A stretch of DNA of 62,497 nt, counting the filler. It is 7 parts of 7 records of this genome, joined end to end, with 100 filler letters (N's around TTAATTAATTAA, not from the genome) between each part and the next. Parts side by side here need not be neighbours in the genome. Positions count along the whole stretch, not along the records: positions 28,478 to 41,486 come from SRR31156797_27323; positions 41,587 to 46,989 come from SRR31156797_27330; positions 47,090 to 57,320 come from SRR31156797_27347; 4 more parts are not named here. The stretch is one strand, 5' to 3'. The notes beneath the pieces are model-generated. The model was not told the DNA's origin and made no database searches. It saw nothing but the letters and a program-made list of their open reading frames with translations. Both the position numbers and the translations under genes were made by a program. Below, piece by piece: positions 40,314 through 52,113 of the stretch. Every line of letters starts with the position of its first letter. Position 1 is the first letter of the stretch.

Positions 40314-41486
40314 ATGAATAAGAAAACCAGCATACTTTTACCTACTATCATTGCAGTATCGATAGCAATAGGGGTGTTAATTGGCAACATGTTAAACCGA
40401 AATGTAACACCGGCTATTAATGGATTTAATTTTGCACAACCCAACAAAATTGCGACTATTCTCGACCTGATTGAAAGAGGATATGTGGATAGTGTAAATA
40501 CCGGAAAAATAATAGAGGAAACCATTCCTGAGATATTAAAGAATCTCGATCCACACACCAGTTATATTGCAGCAAGCGACATGCAGGAGGTGCAGGAAGA
40601 AATGCAGGGTAACTTTTCAGGAATTGGTGTGCAGTTTTCGATTATGGAAGATACCGTTCGGGTAATTGAGGTGATTTCCGGGGGGCCATCAAGTAAAGTT
40701 GGCATTATGCCCGGAGATTGTATTGTTAGTGTTAACGACTCGGTAATTGCCGGTGTGAATGTTCAAAATAACACGGTGCTTACGTTATTACGAGGCAAAA
40801 AAAATACCAAGGTTCAGGTTGGCATTGTGCGTAAAGATTACGAGGGTGTGCTGGATTTTGAAATTACACGAGGCGATATTCCAATTTATAGTGTTGATGT
40901 TTCGTACATGATTGATGAGCAAACCGGGTTTATAAAAGTGAACCGTTTTGCCAATACCACATACCAGGAATTTATGGAAGGGATAAAAAAACTGCAGACA
41001 AACGGAGCAACAAAAGTTATTGTTGATTTACGAAGCAATACCGGAGGCTCGTTGGTTGCTGTTTTGCAAATGCTTGACGAATTCCTTGAAAAAGGAGAAC
41101 CGATTTTGTACACCGAAGGGATGAACCAACCACGAAAAACATATAATGCATCTGGAAGATCTTCTTTTAAAGACATTGAAGTATTTGTGATGATTGATGA
41201 GTTTTCAGCTTCGGCCAGTGAGATTTTTGCAGGCGCCATTCAAGATAACGACAGGGGAATTGTAATTGGTCGTCGCTCGTTTGGTAAAGGCCTGGTTCAG
41301 GAGCAAATACCTTTAATGGATGGTTCGGCGCTTCGCCTTACAGTGGCTCGATTTTATACACCAAGTGGTCGGTGTATTCAAAGTTCTTACGAAGAAGGTA
41401 ACGATGATTATTACCATAATATTTATGAGCGCTTCCATAACATGGAGCAGTTGGTGGCTGATAGTATTCATTTTATCGATTCGTTA
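40314..41486 (+). CDS. S41 C-terminal processing peptidase (PDZ), 3'-truncated
   Basis: LDPHT, FSGIGV, DLRSNTGG, SASASEIFAGAIQD, SFGKGLVQ. Confidence 0.95.
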
Positions 41487-41586
41487 NNNNNNNNNNNNNN
41501 NNNNNNNNNNNNNNNNNNNNNNNNNNNNNNTTAATTAATTAANNNNNNNNNNNNNNNNNNNNNNNNNNNNNNNNNNNNNNNNNNNN
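41487..41586. other. Artificial contig linker
   Basis: N44-TTAATTAATTAA-N44. Confidence 0.99.
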
Positions 41587-42219
41587 TCCCTTAAGGCGGG
41601 TCATCCCGAACGGCCCGCCCTGGGGATGGCAGACGTTATAGATGCCGGCCTTACGGCCTGTACGGCCATGGGCCGACAGGCCGTTGCGGGCATCGCCTGC
41701 AATACCTTCCATGCACCGCCTATCTGGAACACATTTATCCGGACTCTTGAAGATAAGGGCGTTATAAAAGAGGAAAATTCTCCTCTGACTGTTTTGAATA
41801 TGATAGATGAGACGGTTGCCTTTATTTCCGAACACTATTCCAAAGGGGCTTCCATAGGCATTCTCTCCACAGAGGGAACCTGTATGGAGAAGATTTACAG
41901 CGCTCCCCTGAGTGAAGCAGGATTCAGGGTTCTCGAACCGGAAGCTCAGAAGATTACCCACGAGATCATCTACAACAGGGCGTGGGGCATCAAAGCCTGT
42001 CCTGAAGTAACTGAAAAGGCCAGAGACGGCCTGAACGGTGAGGTTATCAAACTCAAGGAACAGGGCGCCGAGCTTGTTATTCTGGCCTGTACGGAACTGC
42101 CCCTTGTGCTGGCCGGCAGGAGCGCTTTCGGTGTTTCTCTGCTCAATCCCATGGAAGTACTGGCCCGGGCTCTTGTTCACACTGCGGCTCCTTGTAAGTT
42201 GTTGAAGCCGAAAATATAA
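41587..42219 (+). CDS. Aspartate/glutamate racemase family protein, 5'-truncated
   Basis: Two catalytic Cys motifs IACNTFH and LACTELP; frame is open to the contig edge. Confidence 0.92.
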   Translation, partial: SLKAGHPERPALGMADVIDAGLTACTAMGRQAVAGIACNTFHAPPIWNTFIRTLEDKGVIKEENSPLTVLNMIDETVAFISEHYSKGASIGILSTEGTCMEKIYSAPLSEAGFRVLEPEAQKITHEIIYNRAWGIKACPEVTEKARDGLNGEVIKLKEQGAELVILACTELPLVLAGRSAFGVSLLNPMEVLARALVHTAAPCKLLKPKI

Positions 42220-42256
42220 ATAATTGTCTATTATGCTATAATTACATCCATGCATA

Positions 42257-42287
42257 GGAGAAACTCTTTTATTATAGGAGTTTCTCC
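42257..42287. terminator. Stem-loop after the racemase gene
   Basis: GGAGAAACTC / GAGTTTCTCC. Confidence 0.55.
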
Positions 42288-42348
42288 GCTTATCATCGAT
42301 TCAGCTTTATCTTTAAAGGATTACTGAATCCTGCTCAAAGGGAAAAAC

Positions 42349-44271
42349 ATGCGATTTAATATAAGACTGCTCATTGTCTTCGTTACGATATTTACCTTGG
42401 GTATCGTTCTATTCAGCGTGTTTCAGCATCGATCCAGTACTGATTACATCCTGACAATGGAACTGGATAACCTTGCCAACCGGGGACTTATCATCAAAGA
42501 TCAGCTGGACAGCTATCTTCTGCATGCCGGGGTTATTTTAAAGCATCTTGGCCTGAACTCTGAAATCACTGAATTCATTCGTTCGGAAGAATATAATAAT
42601 ACTTCAAAGATACACATTCTTCTGGATAAAATCAGAGCTACCAGCGTTTCGGAGTTTTCCGTTATCTTTCTTATTGATGAGACAGGGGTATGCCGGGCAT
42701 CAACTGACCGGAGATTTGTCGGTACCGATTACTCTTTTCGTCCCTATTTTCTGAATATCAAGGAAGGTAACAGGGATCTGTTTATTTCTGATTATTCCAT
42801 CGGCCTGCGGAGTCTTATACCCGGAGTGTTCCTGTCGACGCCGGTGAAACACGATGACGGCAGTCTTGCAGGTGTGGTGGTCCTTAAAATAGCGGGCAGC
42901 TATCTTCAGGGTATGATCGATCGCTTAAATGTCCTGACAGAACCGGAAATCATTGAGGAGCCTTTGGGACAGGGGATGAACCGTATCCGTCCAGTTTCTA
43001 TTCCCGTCAGGAAGCCGGAGGTTTTCATCATCAATAAAGACGGCATAGTGATTCTTCATACCAGTAAAGATATGGTGTATAAAAGTGTTATCCCCCTGGA
43101 GGATGAGACCATTGCGGCTCTTGAGATCTCTCAGCAATTCCTGGGGCGTGATATACCTAGTATTGATGAGTTTGTGTTGGGGGAACTTCATCAGAAATCT
43201 CTTGAGTCCCGTGAAGCTACCGCTACAGTTTACAGGGATGAGAAACAGGGGAAGTGGAAGGTTCTGGGGCTCGTTCCTATGAATCATTTTTCCTGGAGCA
43301 TAGGGGTCAGCCTCGATTATACGGAGTTCAAATTTCTCTCCAGGGCCCTTTTGATAAAGACCATGATCCTTCTGGGACTGGTTATCGTAGTTTTGACCCT
43401 GACTTCGTTCCTGATTACCAGAATGATCACTCGGCCTATTACCAATCTGATGGAGGTCATCTCCCATGCGAAAGATAAAAACTGGGATAAAAGGGTAAAA
43501 ATACAGAGCAATGATGAATTCAGTTATCTTGCCAAGCGCTTCAATGAACTACTGGAGATTATCGAAAGCTATTCCAGGGAGATGGAGCAGAAGGTTGAGA
43601 GCCGGACCAAAGAAGTCCTCTCTCTTCAAAGGGAAAATACCCGCTTACGGATTATTGAAGAAAGAGAGCAGCTTTATTCGGATATGCATGATTCCATAGG
43701 AGCCAGGCTTACCAATATCAATATATGCAACAATATCGCCTCCAGTGAGTTGAATAAAAACACGGCTATGGTCGAGGACATGCATAAACGTATAGACTTT
43801 AATTGTGAAGTTGCCATTGAAGAAATGAAAAGACTCATTACAAAAAATAACAATTTGATTGAAGGGGAAGCACTTCTGGGAACTGATATGCTGGAAAGAA
43901 TCCGTAACCGCCTGGCTCTCCGCGGAATCCTTTTGAAGGAAGAGGTGGATGTATCGACAGAGCTTCTCGACAGCCGTCAGAGTCATCAGATTAAATGGAT
44001 TCTGGAAGAACTTGTATCCAATGTACTCAAGCATTCCCAGGCAAAGACGGTCCATCTGGCCGCCGGGATTAAGGGTAAGGAGTTCTATTTGACTTTTTCG
44101 GATGACGGCCAGGGAATAGCTTCGGAAAGTGATGAAAACTGCTTCGGCCTGCGAAATATCACAAAACGCTTAGGCTATGTCGGAGGACGTTGTCAAAGGA
44201 GCTCGTCTTCGGAAACGGGCCTACGTTTCCATTTTTCCATTCCAGTTGGAAAGTGTGAGGAAAGGGCATGA
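42349..44271 (+). CDS. Sensor histidine kinase (dCache, HAMP, HisKA_3-type, HATPase)
   Basis: GTDYSFRPYF Cache motif, SNDEFSYLA HAMP, DMHDSIG H-box, ELVSNVLKHS, DDGQGI, FGLRNI. Confidence 0.92.
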   Translation: MRFNIRLLIVFVTIFTLGIVLFSVFQHRSSTDYILTMELDNLANRGLIIKDQLDSYLLHAGVILKHLGLNSEITEFIRSEEYNNTSKIHILLDKIRATSVSEFSVIFLIDETGVCRASTDRRFVGTDYSFRPYFLNIKEGNRDLFISDYSIGLRSLIPGVFLSTPVKHDDGSLAGVVVLKIAGSYLQGMIDRLNVLTEPEIIEEPLGQGMNRIRPVSIPVRKPEVFIINKDGIVILHTSKDMVYKSVIPLEDETIAALEISQQFLGRDIPSIDEFVLGELHQKSLESREATATVYRDEKQGKWKVLGLVPMNHFSWSIGVSLDYTEFKFLSRALLIKTMILLGLVIVVLTLTSFLITRMITRPITNLMEVISHAKDKNWDKRVKIQSNDEFSYLAKRFNELLEIIESYSREMEQKVESRTKEVLSLQRENTRLRIIEEREQLYSDMHDSIGARLTNINICNNIASSELNKNTAMVEDMHKRIDFNCEVAIEEMKRLITKNNNLIEGEALLGTDMLERIRNRLALRGILLKEEVDVSTELLDSRQSHQIKWILEELVSNVLKHSQAKTVHLAAGIKGKEFYLTFSDDGQGIASESDENCFGLRNITKRLGYVGGRCQRSSSSETGLRFHFSIPVGKCEERA

Positions 44272-44921
44272 ATAAAACGCAGAAAGTCCGTATCGCGATT
44301 GTGGAAGATATGAAAGATGTACGGGAAGGTATGGGATATTACCTGAATCTGGAACCGACATTTCAGGTCCGAGGCTTCTTTGAATCCGCCGAGGATTTCC
44401 TAGCCAGCCTTGAGTCGGGGCAGTATGTCGATGTGGTGCTGATGGATATACAACTACCGGGGATAACGGGAATCGAAGCGATTCCCCGGGTTAAACAGTT
44501 TTCTCCCGATACAGCGGTGCTAATGCTGACCATTTTCGAGGATCAGGATAAAATACTAAAAAGCATCCGTGCGGGAGCAGGCGGATATATACTGAAGAAC
44601 ACCAAGCCAGAAAACCTGATCGAACAGATTAAAAGCCTCTATGCCGGAGGCTCTCCCATCAGTCCTAAAATAGCGCGTACCATCCTTACTGAAATCCAGA
44701 GGGATTCCACACCTGATGCAAAGATGGATTACGGTCTGACTCCCAGGGAACATCAGATACTTGAAGATATCATCGATGGCCTTACCTATAAGGATATTGC
44801 CGGAAAATATAACATAGCAGCATCCACTGCAAAGAAGCATATTCTTCATATTTATCAGAAGCTGAATGTCAGTTCCAAAGTGGAAATCGTTAAGAAAGTC
44901 ATCAGGGAAGGGCTCTTGTAA
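44268..44921 (+). CDS. NarL/LuxR-family response regulator
   Basis: IVED, LMDIQLPG, GYILK, LTPREHQIL..HIYQKL; ATGA overlap with the kinase. Confidence 0.95.
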   Translation: MNKTQKVRIAIVEDMKDVREGMGYYLNLEPTFQVRGFFESAEDFLASLESGQYVDVVLMDIQLPGITGIEAIPRVKQFSPDTAVLMLTIFEDQDKILKSIRAGAGGYILKNTKPENLIEQIKSLYAGGSPISPKIARTILTEIQRDSTPDAKMDYGLTPREHQILEDIIDGLTYKDIAGKYNIAASTAKKHILHIYQKLNVSSKVEIVKKVIREGLL

Positions 44922-45088
44922 TTTCATTTCACAGCGTTTTTTAATGAAATCTCTTCGCTAATGCACCATTTGGTGTACTGTCTTCATCACGTCTTCAGAA
45001 AAACTGCATATCTCTTCTCCCTTGGGTGAATAGTTAGGTAAGAACCGAGGCTTTAAAATTGATTCATTCCACACAAAAGGAGATTCTT

Positions 45089-46087
45089 GTGAAAAAGATC
45101 TTGTTTCTTATTGTATCAATGATTCTGATGTCGTCTTTCGCATTTGCCGAAGGTTCCCAGGATGCAGGGAGTAGCGCCGACAAGGTGTATGAACTGAAGC
45201 TGGGACACGTTGCCGAGCCTGACAATCCCTATGCCCTTGGTGCGGCAAAGTTTGCCGAAATCATGGATGAAAGAACCGGCGGGAAAGTTAAGATAACTAT
45301 CTTCCCCAGCAGTCAGTTGGGAAATCAGCAGAAGCTTATTGAGAGCCTTGTGCTTGGAAACCTCGACTTCGCCCTGACAACTACAGCCGTTCTCGGTCAG
45401 TTTGAGTCCGATCTTCTGGTATTCGGTTATCCCTATATGTTTGAAGATCGCAACCATGCTTACGCGGCCCTTGACAGCATCGGTATCGAAGTCGCCAAAG
45501 GCCTTGAGGACAAGGACATCAAGCTGCTCGGTTTCTTCGAGAACGGCATCCGCCATATGATCAATAACAAACGACCTATCTATACTCCTGCGGATATGAA
45601 AGGTCTAAAAATGCGCGTTATGACGACCCCCGTCTATATTGAGCTGATGGGAGCCCTCGGTGCCGATCCTACTCCCATGGCATTCGGCGAAGTCTACTCC
45701 GCCTGCTCTACTGGAACCGTAGACGGTCTGGAGGTTCCTGCTGTACATATCTGGCAGAAGCGTTTCTTTGAAGTAAATAAGTACATCTCCCTTACCGGTC
45801 ATACTTATGAGTCCGAACCCTTGACCATGTCCCTGAAAACCTGGGAATCGCTCCCCGCCGAGTATCAGGATATTATGAAAGAAGCCATCGCCGAATCCCT
45901 GGAGTATTCCCGCGCACTGGCCCGTGAACAGGAGAGCGAATTCTTCAAGAATATTACCGACTCCGGTAAAACCGAAATTATCGAAGTAGACAGATCTCTC
46001 TTCGCGGAGGCTACAAAATCAGCATGGGATGCTCTGCGAACCGATACCAGCGATGACCTGATCGCCAGAATTCAGGAACTTCGTTAG
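45089..46087 (+). CDS. dctP: TRAP transporter substrate-binding protein
   Basis: FPSSQLG, ENGIRH, DMKGLKMRV, PMAFGEVY..GTVDGLE; GTG start after AAGGAG. Confidence 0.93.
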   Translation: MKKILFLIVSMILMSSFAFAEGSQDAGSSADKVYELKLGHVAEPDNPYALGAAKFAEIMDERTGGKVKITIFPSSQLGNQQKLIESLVLGNLDFALTTTAVLGQFESDLLVFGYPYMFEDRNHAYAALDSIGIEVAKGLEDKDIKLLGFFENGIRHMINNKRPIYTPADMKGLKMRVMTTPVYIELMGALGADPTPMAFGEVYSACSTGTVDGLEVPAVHIWQKRFFEVNKYISLTGHTYESEPLTMSLKTWESLPAEYQDIMKEAIAESLEYSRALAREQESEFFKNITDSGKTEIIEVDRSLFAEATKSAWDALRTDTSDDLIARIQELR

Positions 46088-46101
46088 GAGGTCGAGAACT
46101 C

Positions 46102-46605
46102 ATGCATGAAACTGCTCTTAGAGCCATCAACAAGGTGAATGGGATTCTTGAAAAGCTGTCGATTTTTCTGATGCTTTTCCTGCTGTTTCTCACCTTTGCA
46201 AATGTAATCGGGCGCTACGTCTTTACACGATCTATATTTTTCGCCGATGAGATGGCCCGATTCATCTTTGTCTGGGTGATATTCCTCGGCATTGCCAAGA
46301 TAGTGAAAGACAAAAGACAGGTTGCCGTTTCTCTCTTTAACGAGAAGTTGGAGGGAACTAAATCCGGTTTTATAGTCGAGACTTTTATTGCCGTTGTCGG
46401 GTTGATATTCCTTGTTGTCCTGTTCTTGGGCGGTATCAAGTTATCGGCCACAATGAATTTCTACTCCAGCGCCGCTATGGGCATTCCCATGGGCTATGTC
46501 TATCTGGCCGTGCCCATAGGTTCGGCGCTCACTATCGTATTCCACGTATTGAACTATGTTGAACTGATCCTGGGCTACTCCGGGACTCAAGTAGAGGAGG
46601 AGTAG
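46102..46605 (+). CDS. dctQ: TRAP small permease
   Basis: NVIGRY..DEMARFIFVWVIFLG; 4 TM helices. Confidence 0.92.
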   Translation: MHETALRAINKVNGILEKLSIFLMLFLLFLTFANVIGRYVFTRSIFFADEMARFIFVWVIFLGIAKIVKDKRQVAVSLFNEKLEGTKSGFIVETFIAVVGLIFLVVLFLGGIKLSATMNFYSSAAMGIPMGYVYLAVPIGSALTIVFHVLNYVELILGYSGTQVEEE

Positions 46606-46607
46606 GA

Positions 46608-46989
46608 ATGGTATATGCTATCTTTTTCCTTGTATTACTAGGTCTCATTTTTTTGGGAGTTCCCATTGCCTATTCTCTGGGCCTCTCTTCGATGTACCTT
46701 GTTCTGGCTCATCTTGACCAGCCTCTGGTATTGATCGCCCAGAATATGTTTTCCGCAGCAAACTCCTATGAGTTCCTAGCCATCCCGTTTTTCATGCTTG
46801 CCGGGGCATTTATGAGCAATGGAGGCGTAACAAAACGGCTGATTAATCTGGCTCAGTCTATGGTCGGGCATTACAGGGGCGGACTGGCACAGGTCGTCGC
46901 TGTGGCGGGTATCTTTTTCGGAGCCATTTCTGGTTCTGCAGCCGCCGTGACTGCTGCTATTGGCGCTGTTATGATCGATTCCATGGAAA
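46608..46989 (+). CDS. dctM: TRAP large permease, 3'-truncated
   Basis: GVPIAYSLG, LAIPFFMLAG, GAISGSAAA. Confidence 0.93.
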
Positions 46990-47089
46990 NNNNNNNNNNN
47001 NNNNNNNNNNNNNNNNNNNNNNNNNNNNNNNNNTTAATTAATTAANNNNNNNNNNNNNNNNNNNNNNNNNNNNNNNNNNNNNNNNNNNN
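46990..47089. other. Artificial contig linker
   Basis: N44-TTAATTAATTAA-N44. Confidence 0.99.
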
Positions 47090-47125
47090 AACAAATTTTC
47101 TCATTCGTGGACGGACACTGGATGG

Positions 47126-49237
47126 ATGGTGGAAGATATGACGTCAAAAATACTGGCAGTCGACGACAACAAGGATGATCTGGTTCTTATCTCGGCCCTG
47201 CTCAACGCGCTGATTCCCGGCTGCGCCGTGACAACCGCCCAGTCAGGCGCTGAAGGTCTGAGGATGGCAAGGTCCGGGTCTCCCGATGTCATTCTGCTCG
47301 ATTTCGTGATGCCGGAAATGAACGGCCTGGAGGTCTGTCGAAGGCTTAAATCCCATGAAAAAACAAAGCATATTCCCGTGATTATGGTGACGGCCCTCAA
47401 GACCGATCCCGCGAGCCGTTTTAAAGGGTTGGAAACCGGTGCCGACGCCTTTTTGTCCAAACCGATTGATAATTGCGAACTGGCGTCCCAGGTCAAAGTG
47501 ACCCTCCGCATCAAGAAGGCGGAAGATCTGTTGCGCAAGGAAAAGGATCTGCTCAAGGAGATGGTTCGGGAAAAGACAGCCGATCTCCTCAGGGTGAACC
47601 GGGCCCTTAAGGCGATCGTTGAAAGCAACAAGGCGGTTGCGAACGCCGTAAAAGAATCTGATTTGCTGGATGAAATGTGCCGGATTATCGTGAAGACGGG
47701 CGGATACCGGACGGCCTGGATCGGATTCGCCCTTCAAGACGAGGAAAAGAGCGTGTTCCCCATGGCCCAGGCAGGATTTGAGGAAGGGTATCTTGACAAA
47801 GTGAAAATATCCTGGGCGGATATCGGACCCGGCCGGGGCCCCAGCGGCAGGGCCATCAGGGAGAAAAAACCGATTGTCAACAGGGATTTCATGATCGATT
47901 CCGATTGCCTTTCCTGCCGGGCCGAGGCGGCCAAGCGGGGTTATTCATCGTCCTCGGCCTTTCCTCTCATTGCCGGAGATCAATCCTTCGGCGCCCTGAG
48001 TGTTTATGCATCAGAGCCCGATGCCTTCGACGTGGAGGAGATCAAACTCTTAAAGGAGCTTGCGGACGGTCTTTCCTTCGGCATTACGGCACTTCGGATG
48101 GGCCATGAGCAGAAACGGGCCGTGGAGGCCCTTAGAAGTGAAAAACAGAAGTTCCAAGTTCTGGTGGAAAAATCCCCCTTTGGTCTATCCATCATCGGAG
48201 AAGACGGTCGTTACCAGTACATCAACCCCGGCTTTATTGAGATATTCGGATATGGGCTTGAAGAGATTTCCACGGAAAAGGAATGGTTCAGACGGGCATT
48301 CCCCCATGGAGAGCACAGGCGCCGGGCCATATCAACCTGGACCAACGGCAAGGGAGATTCGGGTCTTGGCAAACCTCGGCGCCGCATATTTACCGTGACC
48401 TGCAAAGACGGTTCGCAAAAAGAAATCCAGTTCATACCGGTAATGTTGGAGACCGGAGACAAGTTTGTCATCTACAAGGACATCACCACTGAAAAGAAAT
48501 TGGAAGCGCAGTTGGCTCAGGCCCAAAAGATGGAGGCCGTCGGCAGATTGGCCGGCGGCGTTGCCCATGACTTCAACAACCTCCTCTCCAGCATTATGGG
48601 CCATGCCGATCTTGCATTAATGGGTCTTGCCGAGGAGAATCCCATAAGGCGGCATTTGACGGGGATCAAAGAGGGTGGGAACCGCGCCGCCGCCCTGACG
48701 CAACAGCTCCTGGCATTCAGCCGGAAGCAGATCCTTCAGCCCGTGGTCTTGGATCTCAACGCGTTGATTAAGGGCTTTATGAAGGTGCTTGAATCCCTGA
48801 TCGGCGAGGATGTGGAACTGGAGGTGGTTTTAACTTCGAAATTGAGGGGGGTGACGGCTGACCGGGGACAGATGGAGCAGGTCATCATGAACCTTGTCAT
48901 CAATGCCAGAGACGCCATGCCCGGAGGGGGGAAACTGACCATCGAGACAGCCAACCTGGATTTGGATGAGGACTATGTGGGCAAGAAGGATGATGCACTC
49001 CAACCCGGCCCCTATGTGATGCTTCGGGTGAGCGACACCGGCATCGGCATGGACGAAAAAACACAAGCCCTTATGTTCGAACCTTTTTTCACCACTAAAG
49101 AGGAGGGAAAGGGGACCGGTCTGGGTCTGTCTACGGTCCACGGGATCGTGAAACAGAGCCAAAGCCATATGCGGGTCTACAGCGAACCCGGACATGGCGC
49201 CACATTCAAGATCTATTTTCCGGCAGTGGATGAATGA
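47126..49237 (+). CDS. Cytoplasmic hybrid sensor kinase (REC-GAF-PAS-HisKA-HATPase)
   Basis: [54 protein letters not shown]; exact start uncertain (47126 or 47138). Confidence 0.92.
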   Translation: MVEDMTSKILAVDDNKDDLVLISALLNALIPGCAVTTAQSGAEGLRMARSGSPDVILLDFVMPEMNGLEVCRRLKSHEKTKHIPVIMVTALKTDPASRFKGLETGADAFLSKPIDNCELASQVKVTLRIKKAEDLLRKEKDLLKEMVREKTADLLRVNRALKAIVESNKAVANAVKESDLLDEMCRIIVKTGGYRTAWIGFALQDEEKSVFPMAQAGFEEGYLDKVKISWADIGPGRGPSGRAIREKKPIVNRDFMIDSDCLSCRAEAAKRGYSSSSAFPLIAGDQSFGALSVYASEPDAFDVEEIKLLKELADGLSFGITALRMGHEQKRAVEALRSEKQKFQVLVEKSPFGLSIIGEDGRYQYINPGFIEIFGYGLEEISTEKEWFRRAFPHGEHRRRAISTWTNGKGDSGLGKPRRRIFTVTCKDGSQKEIQFIPVMLETGDKFVIYKDITTEKKLEAQLAQAQKMEAVGRLAGGVAHDFNNLLSSIMGHADLALMGLAEENPIRRHLTGIKEGGNRAAALTQQLLAFSRKQILQPVVLDLNALIKGFMKVLESLIGEDVELEVVLTSKLRGVTADRGQMEQVIMNLVINARDAMPGGGKLTIETANLDLDEDYVGKKDDALQPGPYVMLRVSDTGIGMDEKTQALMFEPFFTTKEEGKGTGLGLSTVHGIVKQSQSHMRVYSEPGHGATFKIYFPAVDE

Positions 49238-49351
49238 GCTTTCCTTAACAGGGCAGAACCAAGGATCTCAGCATCACCAAGGCTTTTATTGCTAAATCGA
49301 TTTATAATTTCCACTGATATATTGTCTGAGGAACGTCCCCTAGGTTTCCTC

Positions 49352-49380
49352 TTGACCTGCAATCCGATTTTATCTATAGT
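49352..49380 (+). promoter_or_regulatory. Candidate sigma70 promoter of ppsA
   Basis: TTGACC-17nt-TATAGT. Confidence 0.55.
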
Positions 49381-49575
49381 CAACCTTCAAGAAGGCAGAG
49401 TCTTATCATCTCATCTCATTTCATCTGCTCGGTGCTGATTGGCTGCCGCACATAAACTGATTTCATGTGAACATATCGATCAGGTTTTTTTTATAAACCT
49501 TTTATATTCCAATTTTTGATCCTATGGGGGTGCAGCTTTATCCCCGGAAATCGGTTGGCGGAAAGGGGGCGGATT

Positions 49576-52050
49576 ATGGATGGAGTCGGGAATAAGCGGT
49601 TCATTCTCTGGTTCGATGAGATCGGCATAGAGGACGTTCCTCTCGTGGGTGGCAAGAATGCCTCTCTGGGTGAGATGTACCGAAAGCTTCGCAGCAAGGG
49701 GATCCGGGTTCCTAACGGATTTGCCATTACGGCCCATGCCTATCGCTATTTTCTCAAACACGCCGGAATCGAAGAGGAAATCGGGAAACTTCTCAAAGAT
49801 CTCGACACGAGGGACCTCGAAAACTTGATGCGCAAAGGGAGAGAGGTGCGTAACATCATCAGGGTTGCCGAGTTTCCCCCTGACCTGAGGGAAGCCATTT
49901 TTGCCGCTTATGATGAGCTGTCAGAGGAATTCGGGCAGAGGGGCCTGGATGACCTGGACGTGGCCATCCGTTCGTCTGCCACAGCGGAGGACCTGCCGGA
50001 TGCCTCTTTTGCGGGCCAGCAAGACTCTTTTTTAAACATCCGCGGCAAAAGGAGTGTGTTGAATGCTTGCAGTAAGTGCTTTGCCAGCCTGTTCACCAAT
50101 CGCGCCATATCTTACCGGAAAGACAAAGGTTTCGGACAATTCGATATTTCCCTTTCTATCGCGGTCCAGAAAATGGTCCGGAGCGATTCCGCCTATTCGG
50201 GCGTTATATTTTCCATTGACACGGAAACCGGATTCAGGGACATCGTATTCATCACCGCGGCCTACGGGCTGGGGGAGAATGTGGTACAGGGCGTGGTCAA
50301 TCCCGATGAATATTACGTCTTCAAACCGACATTGAAAATGGATAAGCGGGCCATCATCAGTCGCAGGGTGGGCGACAGAGATATCAAGATGGTCTATTCC
50401 CTGGAAGATGATGCCACGGTGAGGAACGTGACCACCACCCTTGCCGAACGGCATCGGTACGTTCTGGATGAGGACGAGATTCTGAAGCTGGCCCAGTGGG
50501 CCTGCATTATTGAAGATCACTACAGTGAAGAAGCCGGATATTTCAAGCCGATGGACATCGAGTGGGCCAAGGACGGGGACGGCGTCAGCGTGGGCTCAGG
50601 TGAGCTTTTCGTGGTACAGGCCCGGCCGGAGACCATTCACTCCCAAAAGGAGACAAACTCCTACGAGGTTTATCAGTTAAAGGAAAAAGGCGACATCATA
50701 ACCCACGGAACCGCCGTGGGTACCAAAGTGGGCCAAGGAACGGCCAATGTCATTCAATCAACTCAGCAGATGCACAGGTTTGAGGCCGGACAGGTATTGG
50801 TTACCAGCATGACGGATCCCGACTGGGAACCGATCATGAAGATCGCTTCGGCCATTGTCACCAATAAGGGGGGGCGCACATGCCACGCCGCCATCGTATC
50901 CCGCGAACTGGGAATACCGTGCGTTATCGGAACCGGTAACGGTGACGAGTTCATTAAATCCGGAGACGAAATCACGGTTTCCTGTTGTGAAGGAGAGACC
51001 GGCAATGTTTATGCGGGATACCTTGACTACAAAGTGGAACAATTCAATTTGGATGAAATGCCTGTCACCCGGACCCGTATCATGATGAATGTGGGGATTC
51101 CGGAAAAGGCCTTTGCTCAAAGCATGATCCCCAATCACGGTGTAGGGCTTGCCAGACAGGAATTCATCATCAACTCGCATATCGGCATCCATCCCCTTGC
51201 GCTTCTTGACTATGGAAAACTCAAAGAAAAGGCTCAAACCGATCAGAAGGTGGCCGGCGTGGTTTACAAAATTGACCAGATCACTTCGGTATATGAAGAC
51301 AAAAGACAGTTTTTTATTGACAAACTGGCCGAGGGCGTGGCCCGCATAGCCGCCGGGTTTTATCCTAACGACGTAATCGTCCGCCTCTCGGACTTCAAGA
51401 CCAATGAGTATGAGAACCTGCTCGGCGGCTATCTGTACGAACCCATGGAAAGCAACCCCATGATCGGCTGGAGAGGCGCTTCCCGTTACTATGATGAAAC
51501 TTTTCAGTCCGCCTTCGAACTGGAGTGTCTTGCGCTTCACAAAACCCGCAACGATATGGGATTGACCAATATCAAAATCATGGTACCCTTCTGCCGTACT
51601 CCCGAAGAGGGCCGAAAAGTCATAGAACTTTTGAAAAAATACGACCTCCAACAGGGTAAAGACGGACTTGAAATCTATGTAATGTGCGAGATTCCGAGCA
51701 ACGTTATTCTGGCGGACCAGTTCGCAGAGATCTTCGACGGGTTTTCCATCGGTTCCAATGACCTGACCCAGCTCGCCCTTGGCCTTGACCGCGATTCCGC
51801 TCTGGTGTCACATCTCTACGATGAAAGAAACGACGCGGTAAAGAGACTCGTCAAACAGGTCATTGAAGTAGCGAAGAGCAAAAACCGGAAGATCGGCATT
51901 TGTGGACAGGCCCCCAGCGATTTCCCGGACTTTGCCGAGTTTTTGGTGGAATGCGGCATCGATTCCATGAGCCTCATTCCGGACACCGTGATTAAAACAA
52001 GGCTGGCGGTCGCGAAAAAAGAAAAGGAGTTGAGCATCTCAGGTTATTAG
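49576..52050 (+). CDS. ppsA: Phosphoenolpyruvate synthase
   Basis: VGGKNASLGEM, RSSATAEDLPDASFAGQQ, GGRTCHAAIVSRELG, FSIGSNDLTQ. Confidence 0.97.
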   Translation: MDGVGNKRFILWFDEIGIEDVPLVGGKNASLGEMYRKLRSKGIRVPNGFAITAHAYRYFLKHAGIEEEIGKLLKDLDTRDLENLMRKGREVRNIIRVAEFPPDLREAIFAAYDELSEEFGQRGLDDLDVAIRSSATAEDLPDASFAGQQDSFLNIRGKRSVLNACSKCFASLFTNRAISYRKDKGFGQFDISLSIAVQKMVRSDSAYSGVIFSIDTETGFRDIVFITAAYGLGENVVQGVVNPDEYYVFKPTLKMDKRAIISRRVGDRDIKMVYSLEDDATVRNVTTTLAERHRYVLDEDEILKLAQWACIIEDHYSEEAGYFKPMDIEWAKDGDGVSVGSGELFVVQARPETIHSQKETNSYEVYQLKEKGDIITHGTAVGTKVGQGTANVIQSTQQMHRFEAGQVLVTSMTDPDWEPIMKIASAIVTNKGGRTCHAAIVSRELGIPCVIGTGNGDEFIKSGDEITVSCCEGETGNVYAGYLDYKVEQFNLDEMPVTRTRIMMNVGIPEKAFAQSMIPNHGVGLARQEFIINSHIGIHPLALLDYGKLKEKAQTDQKVAGVVYKIDQITSVYEDKRQFFIDKLAEGVARIAAGFYPNDVIVRLSDFKTNEYENLLGGYLYEPMESNPMIGWRGASRYYDETFQSAFELECLALHKTRNDMGLTNIKIMVPFCRTPEEGRKVIELLKKYDLQQGKDGLEIYVMCEIPSNVILADQFAEIFDGFSIGSNDLTQLALGLDRDSALVSHLYDERNDAVKRLVKQVIEVAKSKNRKIGICGQAPSDFPDFAEFLVECGIDSMSLIPDTVIKTRLAVAKKEKELSISGY

Positions 52051-52113
52051 CGAACGGATGAAACTCCAAACCGTTTTCTTTACACGGTAAAGGGATGCCC
52101 CTCCGGCAAAGTC

